A stretch of DNA of 64,000 nt, from NCBI GenBank assembly GCA_977017645.1, contig OZ360234.1, positions 60,884,001 through 60,948,000 of the forward strand. The letters are read 5' to 3'. Both the position numbers and the translations under genes were made by a program. Source of the stretch: Torpedo marmorata (Eukaryota). Position 1 is the stretch's first letter. Every line of letters begins with the position of its first letter. This document shows positions 22,901-35,544 of the stretch, piece after piece. The notes below the pieces were generated by a model, which ran no database searches, was not told the DNA's origin, and saw only the letters and a program-made list of their open reading frames with translations.

Positions 22901-25102
22901 TAACTTTGTCAGTAAATTTATCTCCTTCCTGCGTGTTATGACTCTTCTCACTGAATACAAGCATTAGGTGTTGCATCCTTTTCTCTCTTCTTTTTCAACA
23001 CTGAACAACTTGCTCGCATATGACCAGCCTTCCTACATTAGTGGCAAATGGGACCCGAAGTGTTTTCCCTTTTCCACTTTCCTTCATCCATTTCCATAAC
23101 ACCACTTCCAAATTTACTTTCCACTTGCTTGGGATTATCCACAGTGACCTTTTGGAAAATTCTACCTAACGTCCACTTAGGCTTGTGGGTTAAAGCATAT
23201 TCATCTGCTAACTTAGCTGAATTTTGCCAAGTTTTCACGTCCTTTTCATCTAAGTATGCCTTAATATCCTCAGGAACACACCTTTTTAATCTCCTCGATT
23301 ATTATCAATTCTCTCAATTGATTGTAATCATTGTTTACTGCCTTATATGCGCACCACCGGTCAAAACACATAACCTTTTCATAGGCAAACTCTGTGTAAG
23401 ATTGGGTTGCTGCTCTTTTTAAATTTCTAAACTTCTGTCTATAAGCCTCTGGAACTAACTCATAACCCTGGAGTATAGCCTTTTTCACCGTTTCATAATC
23501 AGCAGCTTGCTCTGTGGTAAGAGTAGTATAAGCTTGCTGAGCTTTTCCTTTAATTACACTTTGTAACATAAGAGACCATTGGTCTTGTGGCCATTTTAAT
23601 TTCACAGCCACCTTCTCAAAATGTTGGAAGTACTTATCTATTTCTGCCTCCTCAAATGGAGGAACCAACCTAACTTCTCTACTAGCCAAAAACCCCACAG
23701 CAGGATGACGAATTTGATCTTGGTGCTCTTCTTGTCTCCTCTCATTTTCCACCCTCATCTTTTCCAGCTCATATCTCCTATTTTTCTCATTGTTCTCATA
23801 TCTCTTTTCTTCCAATTCCAATTCTAATTTCTTTTGTTCCCTGGTTGCCTCCAATTCTAATTTCTTTAGTTCCAACTGTATGTTTTCAGAAGGTTTACCC
23901 TTGGGAAACTGCTCTAACACGCTCTCCTCAAACTTTTTTTCTTTTATATAGTATTTGACAATTTTTCTCCCAATCTCTGCCTTTTTTCATAAATGGTTTT
24001 ACCGAAGCAATGCCCGACTCTGTTGCTGTAGCCACTAACTGTTCCTTTTTCACCTTTTTTAAAGTATCAGGTTCACGTGATTCCAAAAATGTTCCTACAT
24101 CCATTGTTGCTGGTTTTTCATTACACACACACTAAAACCATGTCTAAAACCAGAATGGGATTCCTTCAATTACCAAGATGGATTTTTAATTTAAATCCAA
24201 GGACGAGCCCCAATTTTGTTACAAGATTCAAACCAGCAACGACAGAAGACGTAATGCAAAAGGGGTAAAATTGAAATTTATATTTATTAAAGACAATTAA
24301 ACATATAATTTCACAACAATTAACCCCACTATAAACGTCTATAAACACTATTCTTATCTAAAAGGTGTGTGTGTGTGTGTGTGTGTGTAAAGCCCAGACC
24401 ATTACAGTCTGTGCCCAACACTCATGTAAAAATGGAAAAACTTTCCCCAAAAATCCCAGGTCAGTCATAAAAACAAGTCATTCAAAAAAATAATACAGTC
24501 CACAAAATTTCACTCTCTATGTTCAGAATCCAAATTCAGCTCTGTGTGCTGGCAAGCAGGACTTCTTAATGAACGCTGGAGAGAGACAATTACTGTTTAT
24601 GCTTACGAATACTTGACTTGCTTTTCTTCTTTGATGACTTTCCTTTTTGGTAGAGATTCACGAGGATTGCGACTCCAAATCAGTATACCACTGATTGAGG
24701 CGTGTACTTGGATCTCACAGCTGGTCTCGCTGATCTCACGCCTGTTCTCCACAAAAGTTGCTTTAACTCAGGATTTTGCTGAGACAGGAGGCCATGTGCT
24801 ATTCTCCCAGCCTTTTTCCCTGGGATGCACAAGCCTGGATTTTGCTGTGTTCTCTAGCCTTTGCAACTCCAAACTGCCACTGAATCTGAATGCTTTTTGC
24901 AGAGGTTTGCACCTGCTTTTGCAAAAGTGCAACAAACTATCTTTTCCACAGCCTGTCCCTCTCTGGTCTCTCTCTCTCTCTGGGTACACCAAGTCCTGGG
25001 CAAGTTAACTCTTTCAGTACCTGGTCCCAGTGTGTACTCCAAAAGACTTCATCCTTCCTGCTGACCGTCTGCAGTCCAAATGGTCAGTCATGGTCCATAA
25101 CA
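16960..25102 (-). mobile_element. Inner Gmr1-like LTR retrotransposon (Gag-PR-IN-[RT deleted]-RNaseH), frameshifted
   Basis: LTRs 16960-17850 and 24217-25102; TSD GTAA/GTAT; PBS next to 24217; PPT next to 17850; Gag LVPPF...LVPEAYRQKFR, protease LRDTGA, integrase HHCC/DDE, RNase H ELLAL-YTDH-ADCLSR. Confidence 0.95.
19364..21669 (+). mobile_element. 5'-truncated L1-clade LINE inserted into the integrase of the inner LTR element
   Basis: RT and C-terminal ORF pieces 19364-20112, 20164-21063, 21108-21389; AATAAA and long poly(A) 21648-21669; TSD AACCATTTGTTGG (19351-19363 / 21670-21682); same family as 56945-62889. Confidence 0.95.
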
Positions 25103-28100
25103 GTATCTAACCCTTCCCTGAACCCCCCCAACCCCTTATATCTTCCAAACACTTCAAGTTAAAATTATTGCTTAATATTTAATGTTTCTGTCCCACTCTC
25201 CACCCTTTCCCTCCCTTTAAATTCCCTTCCCTTACTAAAAACTAAAAAAAGAAAAGAAAAGAAGGTAGTGTAGTATTACTTATTAAAACATCTGTACGAT
25301 CGCTGCTGGGTCCACAGTTCGATGCATGGTATTCAACAGTATTTTTATTATTTAAATTTGAGAGAGTTAACAGGGTCTATAACGTAGAGCAACACATTTA
25401 AATATTCATACCTAATGATTGGATATATGGTCGCCAAATTTGCAAGAAGACCCCATATTTATTTCTCATATTATATGTTATTTTTTCCAATGGAATACAA
25501 CTCCACATCTCTGTATTCCATCTATCCATACCTAAATTTGTATCTGATTTCCAAGTTACTGCTATATACTTCCTTGCTACTGCTAAAGCAATTTTTATAA
25601 ATTTCAATTGATATGTTGATAACTTCAACTTTGGTCTAGTTCCTTCCACATTCCCTCATAAAAATAAATCAGGGTTTTGTGGAAATGTGACACCTGTAAT
25701 TTGTTTTAACAAATTCCCTCACTCCATCCAATTTTTTTTTACCTTAGAGCATAACCATGTTGAATTAAAAAAGTTCCCTCTTCTTCACCACATCTAAAAC
25801 AGTTGTTTGATAATGTAGATTTTATCTTATTCCATTTTTGTGGTGTAAGATATAATTGATGTAAAAAATTATACTGTACTAATCTATATCTTACATTAAT
25901 AGTGTTGGGCATGCTATCTTGACATAAATCCGACCATCTTTTTTCATCAATTATAACATTAAGATCTTGTTCCCATCTCTGTTGAGATTTATGAAGTCCT
26001 TGTTTTAAGGTTCCCCTTTGTAACAAGGAATATATTATAGAAGTAAATTTTTTAATATTTCCTTTCCTAATAAGAGTTTCCACTTCACTACAATTTTGTA
26101 ACAACATATCCGGACCTAATTTTTCCCTTAAATATCCTCTTAATTGAAAATAACAAAAAAGAGTATTATTCAGTATTCCATATTTGTTTCTTAGCTGTGT
26201 AAATGACATAAATTGCTTTCCTTCATAACAATCTTCTATCTTCTTTATTCCTTTCTGTGACCATATATTTAAAAATTGATTACCTTTTGTAAAGGGTATG
26301 AGATTATTCTGTATCAATGACGTTTTAGGTGATATAGTTCCTTTCATCCCTATCTCATCATTAATCTTGTTCCATGCAGTAATCAAATGTTTTAATAATG
26401 GTGTTTCTTTAACTCCTATCAATAATTTTGAGTTCCATTTATATATAAATTCTTCTGGTACTTTCTCTCCTATTTCTCCTAACTCTATTCCGACCCATGC
26501 AGGTCTTTCTTCACTTTCAAAAAAGGAAGTAACAAATCTCATTTGTGCCGCTTGATAATAATTTTTAAAATTAGGGAGGTTTAAACTTCCCAATTCATAT
26601 TTCCATGTTAAACATTCCATAGAGACTCTTGACATTTACCTTTCCAAAGAAATTTTCTCACTTGTTTATTTAAATCCTGGAAAAAACCTGTGGTAGTAAA
26701 ATAGGTATAGTTTGATACAAATATTGTATCCTTGGAAATATATTCATTTTAATACAGTTAACTCTTCCTATCAAAGTAATAGGTAAATTAATCCATTTTT
26801 CCAAATCTTCTTTAATCTTTTTAAGTAATGGTAGATAATTCCATTTATATAAATTTTTAAAATTATTGTCTGTTCGAATCCCAAGGTATTTTATCCCATT
26901 ATGCGGCCATTTAAACTGAGTATTTCTTTTACATGTAGTATAATCTCCCTCTGTAAGAGGCATAATTTCACTTTTATCCCAATTTATCTTATAACCTGAA
27001 ACTTTCCCATATTCTTCCAATTTAAAATGCAATCTTTGCAAAGAGGTCTCAGGCTCTGTCAAATATATTAAAACATCATCCGCAAATAAGCTGATTTTAT
27101 GTTGTTCTTGACCAACTCTAAATCCCTTAATTACTGAGTCACTTCTAATTGCCTCTGAAAGTGGTTCTATAGCTAATATAAATAAAGCTGGTGACAATGG
27201 GCACCCTTGTCGACAAGATCTTGTCAAACAAAACAAAGTTGATGTTTGTCCATTAGTCACTACTTTAGCTTTTGGAGTGTTATATAATGCTTTAATCCAA
27301 TTTATATAAGTCTGTCCAAATCCAAATTTCTCCAATACTTTAAACAAAAAATCCCATTCCAATCTATCAAAAGCTTTTTCTGCATCTAATGCCAGCGCAA
27401 CACTTATTACTTTTCTTTTTTGAGCTAAATGAACAATACTAAGTAACCTTGCTACATTGTCAGCTGCTTGTCTTTTTTTTATAATATCTGTTTGATCCAT
27501 ATGTCTAATTTCTTTTGTTCCAATTCCAATTTCTTTAGTTCCAACTGTATGTTTTCAGAAGGCTTACCCTTGGGAAACTGCTCTAACACGCTCTCCTCAA
27601 ACTTTTTCCCTTTTATATAGTATTTGGCAATTTTTATCCCAATCTCTGCCTTTTTCATTGATGGTTTTACAGAAGCAATGCCCAACTCTGTTGCTATCGC
27701 CACTAACTGTTCATTTTTAGCCTTTTTTAAAGTATCGGGTTCAGGTAATTCCAAAATATTTTCTACATCCATTGTTGCTGTTTTTTTTGTTACACACACA
27801 CTAGCTATTAATTAGCTTTATAAAAAGGAATGTCTTAAACCAGACTGGGATTCCTTCAATTACCAAGATGGATCTTGATTCAAATCCTCGGATGATCCCC
27901 CAATTTGTTACAAATTCAAACCAGCAACGACAGAAGACGCAATGCAAAAGGGGTAAAATTGAAATTACTATTTATTAAAGACAATTAAACATATAATTTC
28001 TTTCCAATTAACCCCACTATAAACGTCTATAAACACTATTCTTATCTAAAGAGTGAGTGTGTGTGTGTGCGTGTGTGTGTAAAGCCCAGACCATTACAGT

Positions 28101-28647
28101 CTGTGCCCAACCCTCCTGTAAAAATGGAAAACCTTCCCCAAAACCCCCAGGTCAGTCATAAAAATAAGTCAGTCCCAAAAATACAGTCCACAAAAATCAC
28201 TCTCTATGTTCAGGGTCAAAATTCAGCTCTGTGTGCTGGCAAGAAGGACTTCTTAATGAACGTTGGAGAGAGAGAGACAATAACTGTTTAAGCTTACGAA
28301 TGCTTGGCCTGCTTTTCTTCTCTGATGACTTTCCCTTTTAGTCGGTACACGAGGATTGCGATTCCAAATCAGTTTTGGATTGAGGCGTATACTTGGATCT
28401 CACAGCCGGTCTCATTGATCTCACGCCTGTTCCCCACGAAAGTTGATTTAAATCAGGATTTTGCTGATACAGGAGGCCATGTGCTATTCTCCCAGCCTTT
28501 TCCCCTGGGATGCACAAGCCTGGATTTGGCTGTGTTCTCCAGCCTTGCAACTCCAAACTATTGAATCTGAATGCTTTTTGCAGAGGTTTGCACCTGCTTT
28601 TGCAAAAGTGCATCAAAGTATCTTTCCACAGCCTGTCTCTCTCTCTC

Positions 28648-28683
<36 letters not shown>

Positions 28684-29354
28684 CACCCCGTCCTGGGCAA
28701 ATTAACTCTTTCAGTACCTGGTCCCAGTATGTACTCCAAAAGACTTCATCCTTCCTGCTGACCGTCCACAGTCCAAATGGTCAGTCATGGTCCATAACAC
28801 TACCTTATCATGATTAACTCGGCAGAGAACATAGTGAGAATATATAAAGTTCCTGTACCTCATTGCTGCCCAAAACAGAGCAATCTGCTAACAATGTCAA
28901 TATTTTATTTCCTAATTATCAGTTAGCTGGCAGGGGTTGGTCCCATACAGAGTAAGTGGTGATTTCTGAGAACTTGTGCATAAAAGTGATGATGGTGATG
29001 TATCAATTTGTAACTTTATATATTCGGGCGAGGGTTGACGTTTCCCTTGAAAGAGCAGCAAAAAAGACCAAAAAATCTTTGTTAGTATTAGATGCTGTCG
29101 GAACAGTATCCTTAGGAAGTTGTCCTGGGAACATTGGGAGGGCACTACTTATTCATGCAGAATCCAGATTCCTGGACCGTATTTTGGGATAGGTATTCAG
29201 GAGAGCTTTTCACTTTCACTTGCTAAATGTGGTCTTAATACTGGACCCCTTTTTAAATTCATTTAGTAAATCTGAAACCTCTATCACTTACTCAAAATGA
29301 CCTTGAATTAAGGATAAATGATAATCTCCAATAACTTTAATATTTTATTTTCAG

Positions 29355-30111
29355 GCTGAAACCAAATAATACTGCAGATGATGATCCTCACTCAAACAGT
29401 TTCAACAACCCAGCCTATTTTGTACTTGAAGGACTTCCCTACTCCCAATCTGGGACAAGCTGTCAGGAAAATCCAGGGAATCCGGTGTTGAAACCTATCC
29501 CCAGGAACAAGGCACACCCTCTTCCTCCAACACCAATGGAGAAGCCAAAGGATTACCCTCTCCGACACCTAAACAATGAAGGTGTTTCCTCCGAGCATGA
29601 AGGCCTTTTAGATCAAAACCAACAAATGTTCCACAAACAAATGGAAGTTGAAATGCAGAACAACCCACTCTATGCCAGTTCTGAAGATGTTTGGGGTAAG
29701 CCAGCCCAGGCTTCACAGACCAAAGTTGGCCAAGAGTGGCTCAAGAGTCCAGCACCAGCTAGGGACCCCGTTGAGTTCAAAGCTCGCACCATGGCACCGA
29801 GAATCAGGCCCCAGCTGTCGGCCATGAGTGGGCCCCAAGCTTGCCTGATCAATGAGGTCAGAGACAAGATCAGCGAAAGGAGGTCAGAGGAGCTATTTGT
29901 TAGCCACATGGCAAAATTGTTGAGTGATAAGGACCGTCAGTCCAACAGAGGTGAGCTACCCGTTCCTGTTCGCGAGCGTCCTGTCAAAAGTCCTCGGCTG
30001 CCGGCGAGGAACAAAGCACCAGAGGTACAGCCTCGACCTGCACGGGCTGATTGTGGACACCTGAATGTGCCTCCACCACTGCCAGTCAAGAGCAGGACAA
30101 TGGAACTTGGG
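29355..30111 (+). CDS. INPPL1: SHIP2/INPPL1-like large exon: proline-rich tail with NPAY and NPLY motifs
   Basis: TTTTCAG acceptor, GTAAGT donor at 30112; 757 nt open; RLKP...NSFNNPAYFVLEGLP matches SHIP2 RLKP...NSFNNPAYYVLEGVP. Confidence 0.93.
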
Positions 30112-31412
30112 GTAAGTCATGGAAAAAAAAGATGAATTAATCGTTTTAGATACAGAGTTTTACCCACTGAACAACCACATTTGTGTTTCAACCAAACCTA
30201 ATTTATATCATAAATGCAAATGAAAATCCATCTCCCCAAATACCTTGTGGATAAATGTATTGCCAAAGATAGGACTGAGATGCATAAGCTTTGGTCAGTC
30301 CCTAATTTGAGATGAGTTGAATATCATGGTTAGATTTGTAAATCCTGGGAAAGGTTGTCAAACTACTGGATTAATCCATAGGCCTGGAAAAAGGGCTCAG
30401 AGACTTTACGATGGCAGATAGGGAATTTAAATTTAAATTTAATTAAATAAATCTTGAATAAACTCAAGCTAGAGTCAGCAATAGTGACCACTGAACTCCT
30501 AAATTGTTGTAAGAACTAATATACCTTGGCCGTCTAACCCATATAATAGTTGACTTCCCAGGTGCCCTCTCATGTAGTTGAGCAACCCAATGATAAGGAG
30601 CAATGATAGAAACAAATTCTGACCTTTACAACAATGCTTACATCCTGCAAATGAATGAACAAATATGTCCGCAATTAAAATGGAGCAAATGAACTCAATG
30701 TGTGCGTTTACGCATCTGGTAAATTGTTTTGAATCTTTCTCAACTTTTGCAATCTTTACGTGTTTGAATATATTTGTTTAGGTTAATTTTTAAGATGAGT
30801 CATTATTTTTATCATTCCCTTTATCAAAATGGAACTGGAATACTGAGGCAGTGCTGCACTGTCAGCTTTTGCATGCCAATTTTGAGATAAGACATTAAAC
30901 TGTGGTACCCCTTGCCCTCGGGTTGATGCAGAAGATCCCTTGACTTTACTTTGAAAAAAAATAGAGACCTCTTGATATGCAACACTGTTCCCATCCCTTA
31001 ACTAGCCTCATTAGATTATTTGGCCTTTCCTGCATTACTGTTTGTTGGACCTTTCTCTGCACAATCTAGCAATTGTGGTTTCTACACTACCAACAATGAC
31101 CATGATTCGGTCATTCTCTTGGCTGTAAATCGCGGAGATGTTCCTAGGTGGAAAAAGTCCGTCTATAAATGCAAGTCTTTCTCAATATACATCAGTAAGG
31201 TTGCTCCCTGAAGTATCTTCATCAGCCAGTGACCAAGGTTATTTGAACGTGTGAAATATGACCTGAGAGTGCATTAGAGAGCCTCAGCGTTACTGTCCTC
31301 AGCATAAACCAAAAAGAGTCACTAACATTTGTATGCAAAAAAGGTTACATTTAAGAAATGAATGTCCTTCTTCATCCAAAAAATGATAAATGTGTTTTCC
31401 TGTCTCTTTTAG

Positions 31413-31528
31413 ACTTCTGAGAACCGTAATAGTTCTAGTATCATCTCAGAGTTTCTGAAGCACTTGGGCTTGGAGAAATATGAAAGTGGTCTGATTGAGA
31501 GTGGATGGGATAACTTGGAATACTGGAG
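31413..31528 (+). CDS. INPPL1: SHIP2/INPPL1-like exon, SAM domain first half (ISEFLKHLGLEKYESGLIESGWDNLEYW)
   Basis: Polypyrimidine tract + AG acceptor, GTAATT donor at 31529; matches SHIP2 SAM WLRAIGLERYEEGLVHNGWDDLEFL. Confidence 0.93.
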
Positions 31529-31594
31529 GTAATTATCATGAGAACATCATACCCAGTGGTTTCTGCTTGCTATTTACATTGCATTATTCACAAG

Positions 31595-32190
31595 TGCAGC
31601 ACAGTTAGTGTAGAGGTTAGTGCAACGTTATTACAGCGCCAGTGACCTGGGTTTGAATCCGGCACTGTCTGTAAGGAGTTTGTACACTCTCCCCATGTCT
31701 GTGTGGCTTTTCCCCAGGTGCTCCAGTTTCCGCCAACCCTTCAAAACGTATGGGGGTTGCAGGTTGATTGGGGTATTTGGGCAGCACGGACTCGTGGGTC
31801 TAATTTAATTTCAGAATCAGAATCAAAATTTATTGTCATGAACATGTCACGAAATTTGTTGTTTTGCGGCAGCATTACAGTGCAACCTTTTACATAAACC
31901 ACCTTACAAAATTTTTAAAAATAGTTCAAGAAATAGTCAAGGTAAGGCAGTATCTGTGGTTCATTATTCATTCAGGAATCTGATAGCAGCGGGGAAGAAG
32001 CTGTCCTTGTGCCGTTGAGTGCTCGTCTTCAGGCTCCTGTACCTTTTTCATGATGGTAGCAGTGAAGATGTCATGGCCTGATGGTGGGGGTCCTTGAGGA
32101 TAGAGGCTGCTTTCTTAAGATACCGCCCCTTGTTGATGTCCTAGATGGAGTGAAGACTGTTGCCTATGATGTTGCAGGCTGAGGAATTTA
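31595..32190. mobile_element. SINE (+, ~31595-31805) tail-to-tail with a Rex1/Babar 3' fragment (-, ~31810-32190)
   Basis: SINE head GCAGCACAGTTAGTGTAG...GGGTTTGAATCC; LINE part is closely similar to 10100-10480. Confidence 0.75.
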
Positions 32191-33187
32191 AAGTACAGCC
32201 TACTATTTATTACACAGCTGCTACCACAAAGTTTGAACCTTATTGAGGTTCTAGTCCAGTGTAGAGAGAGTGTCGTGCATATATGGAGCGAGCTTCCAGA
32301 AGAAGTGGTTAGGAGGGTACAATTATGACATTTAAAAGACATTTGAATCGATATATGAATATGAAAGGGGTTAACAGGTATGAGTCATGCACAAGCAAAT
32401 GGGACTAGCTTAGATGGTCATCAACTTGGTTTCATTGATGAGTTGGACTGAAGTGTCTGTTTCCCTGTTGTAGAGCTCCATTAGCAGAATATGAGGCTTT
32501 ATAAACTGGACCACTTCACATCAATTCCAGTTGGTGAGAGTCCTGCACATGGGACTGCCCATAACTGAGCATCAAGTGATACTAGACCAACACATGGTCT
32601 CTTCAATCCTAGGACTAAACCCAAAAAATTTTGTTGAGGGTGTCTTCCAGCAGTGAAGGTGTTTGTATGCAATCCCCACCCCCCACCACCCCCCCCCAGC
32701 TTTCTATGACTGCAGCAATTTGTGGGCATTCATACGCTGCTGAAGATATTCTTCCCAAAACTGAAAGAACATTCTTTTCTTCTGCCCAGTAGTTTCCATG
32801 CCCACAGAGAACCAATATGGAATCCATAGTGGGCTCAAAGTGTGTGAAATAATAATTGTGTCATTAGCCCTTAGGGCATTTTCAGATCAATAAAGGCCTG
32901 GGCTCCCTCCCCCCTTCTCCTACTCCCCTGGTCCCACCACACCAAGCAGCTGGGTACTCTCTGAGCACTTCAACCCATGGGAATGTTTTCATTTCCTCTC
33001 TGCCCCTGCAGGCATATCTTAGTCAATCAGATAAATGATATTTACAAAGCCATGTTAAAGGCCATGGAGTTTGCAAGGTTTGATCTGAGCAGTTGGTTGA
33101 GGAATATAATTGCAACAATGGCTTTAACTTTATGAAAAAAAAAGTTTACCATTGAGAGCCAATAACTCTGCTGTCTCTTCAATTCAG

Positions 33188-33281
33188 TGGCATCACCGAT
33201 GATGACTTACAAGAAGCTGGTGTCACTGATGCCACCCACAGGAAGACCCTTCTGGAATTCACATCTCATAATAAGCCTTGA
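33188..33281 (+). CDS. INPPL1: SHIP2/INPPL1-like terminal coding exon, SAM second half (SGITDDDLQEAGVTDATHRKTLLEFTSHNKP*)
   Basis: TTCAG acceptor; phase fits the previous exon; matches SHIP2 SDITEEDLLEAGVQDPAHKRLLL; TGA at 33279-33281. Confidence 0.93.
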
Positions 33282-33739
33282 AGGTACCTCAGCATAACAG
33301 GAAGAGGACCACTGGTTTCTCTTTATGGACCTTATGATTACATTTTGTTTCAAAAATAAGTCCTGTCTGAACAAGAAAACATTGGATGAACTAGTGAATC
33401 AGATCACATCCTGATGTTTCTTTAAGATGTTTGGAAAGAATTGGATGCCTCAAGGTTCTGGTCGAATTCTGGCGGCAAACATTCCGGCAAAATGGTAGTG
33501 TTTAATGGTAGTGTGGAATTTAATGCTGGTAGTCAGCAGAACCTCTGCTTGAATTTTACAAGAAAATTGGTGGCTGGAAAATGGGACCGGAATTGGGAGA
33601 AGGGATTCCCTTAAATTGGAGCCCACTTTCGAGTGTTAGTGAGAGCTGGCACGCCATATGGGGGAAGATACAAGGACATTTGCAGTGCCCATGAGTACAG
33701 TATGAAATGACCAGGACTCCTAAAGGCTTTGTTTAGAAG

Positions 33740-33830
33740 TACAGTAAAACCCCCCGTATCTGGCACCTATGGGGAATGGTGAATGTTTTTGCCGGTTGCT
33801 TGAATTCTGGCTCGCGGGGATTTTGCTGTA
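33740..33830. mobile_element. Small Tigger/pogo-like DNA transposon relic in the probable 3'UTR
   Basis: TA-CAGTAAAACCCCCCGTATCTGG start and GGGGATTTTGCTG-TA end (imperfect TIRs); same terminus type as at ~50631. Confidence 0.55.
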
Positions 33831-35538
33831 CCATGTTTCCAATCTTCACAGGCTAAACAGAAGGAAATTCAAACTTGTAAGTATGATGCCTGCCATATCA
33901 GTGTCAGAAAATTTACAGGCTGTCAGGATCCTTGCAAATATTTAGGGACCAACATCAATTTGAAGCCCACTGTGCAAACCTGGAACTCTCGACGGAGCCT
34001 CAGAAATGACCACACCAAGCTGCCACTAGAAATATCGGCCAATTCCTCCAATTAAGTACATCTTACTCAAGTTGGTCTTTCAGGACATATTTCTTGGCTG
34101 ACATATTGGAGGCTCATATGTCTGTTTAGATTCTGAAAAAAAAGTCAAGTCAGGAGAAGCAGGAGTGTGAACATTTAGCCATTTATATTGCACTCAAGTT
34201 TCTTTGATTTTTCGAGCCATTCACACAAACCTCCACCCACATCCTGTGCTGCTCGTTAATGTCGTACACACCTCGTATAAAAGATCAATTTACTGTATGT
34301 GAACTCCCTATGTTTCTACCAGCTCTATATAAGCTGGAAACATATGCAAAGCACAAGCTACTTTGCTGGTGTTCGATGATGATTTTGATACATCTCCATC
34401 TTTGAGAACTGAATTGAATTTCCCTTATCAAAGCATGGAAATATCTGATTCCATCTTTTTAATCAATGGGTTCTAATGAGATTAAATGAGCTTGATGGCT
34501 GCAAAGTTTAACATTCCCTCATTCGTAGGTTTTAATGGAGTCAAGCTTGCCTAGCTCATGGACATCAGTTAGTGACATTTTTTTCCATGCTTTATACCTT
34601 GTTTTTAATGTTCTGAACAACGTTAGTGTGATTTTAGGAAATTTTAGAGTTTGCTGATCGAAAGATTAGTGCAAACCTAGATGCAATGTTCTATTCAGAA
34701 TTCAATCGCCCCTGCCCCCCATTTTTAAATTACCGTAGAAGTTTTTTTTAGGTTTCCCATCTTTTTTTCACTGCAAGGGCAAACAAACAAAAGACCAAGG
34801 TCACTGCCAGTGCTTGCAGAGATGTCCAAGTATTTCCTGCCATCTTACATGCTGCTCTGCAGTCCTTGTGGGGATGCCTCTGGTCTAAGGATTGCAACCT
34901 CACCACAAAACAGTCAAAATTCTAACCAAATTTATCTTTAATTCACTCACATCGGGGCACTAATCTAGGGGGCTGGATCCCATACCCTTTATGGATTAAC
35001 ACCTGATCATCATGAGGTTACAACCAATGGAATAAGAACCAGTTCAACTCTAGCCCAAACATGATGATTCTGTCTCCCATGCAGTGATGATGGACATTTA
35101 GTATTTGCAGAATTATATTAATCTCATTGGTCAGAAAGTTGCACACAAGGAAGGAAATCCCAAAGATGTATGGAAACAGATTATGCAATTTCTTTGAAGT
35201 TGAAATGGAAACACAGAATGTAGCCATGCTACATAGAATTACACTGAAACACAGGCATCTGAGCAACATTTTACCAAGTTCTTAGAGCAAGAATCTTTGA
35301 GAAATTGCATTTTCTTTTGGAAGCATTCTGGTTGCACCACATCAGGGCTTTGCACATGTGGCTCAATGCTGTCTTTCAGTGTGATTTTGTTCAACAGGGA
35401 AATGATCTAAGCTTGCTAGTCTTTCATTCTGAAGGTATAATCCCTTTGAAATGGAAAGCCATTGCCAAGAATTGTTGCATGTTGCATATCTTTGAATATT
35501 TTATTTTGCATTGAAATCATACTGGACAATTGTTATTA

Positions 35539-35544
35539 ATTAAA
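35539..35544 (+). terminator. Candidate polyadenylation signal (ATTAAA) of the INPPL1-like gene; alternative AATAAA at 35630-35635
   Basis: Followed by a T/GT-rich downstream element; ends a ~2.3-kb repeat-poor stretch after the stop codon. Confidence 0.4.

Larger units (their letters stand above)
16843..27501 (-). mobile_element. 5'-truncated L1-clade LINE inserted into the outer gag and split by the inner LTR element (pieces 16843-16959 and 25103-27501)
   Basis: RT motifs LDAEKAFD, RQGCPLSP, LFADD and CFRC zinc motif in ORFs 26670-27500, 25739-26635, 25398-25649; poly(A) end at ~16843; 15-bp TSD TGTCTAATTTCTTTT (16828-16842 / 27502-27516). Confidence 0.93.
15105..28799 (-). mobile_element. 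Outer Gmr1-like LTR retrotransposon (gag only; pol, PPT and start of 3' LTR deleted), host of nested insertions
   Basis: 5' LTR 27906-28799, truncated 3' LTR 15105-~15884, TSD CTAC (15101-15104 / 28800-28803); Gag split into 27502-27799 and ~15885-16842 with zinc knuckle CHYCRKAGHMLESC. Confidence 0.93.

Noticed and set aside
29485-30135. Standalone 216-aa gene
   Set aside because: It is part of the spliced exon 29355-30111; the last residues read through the GTAAGT donor.
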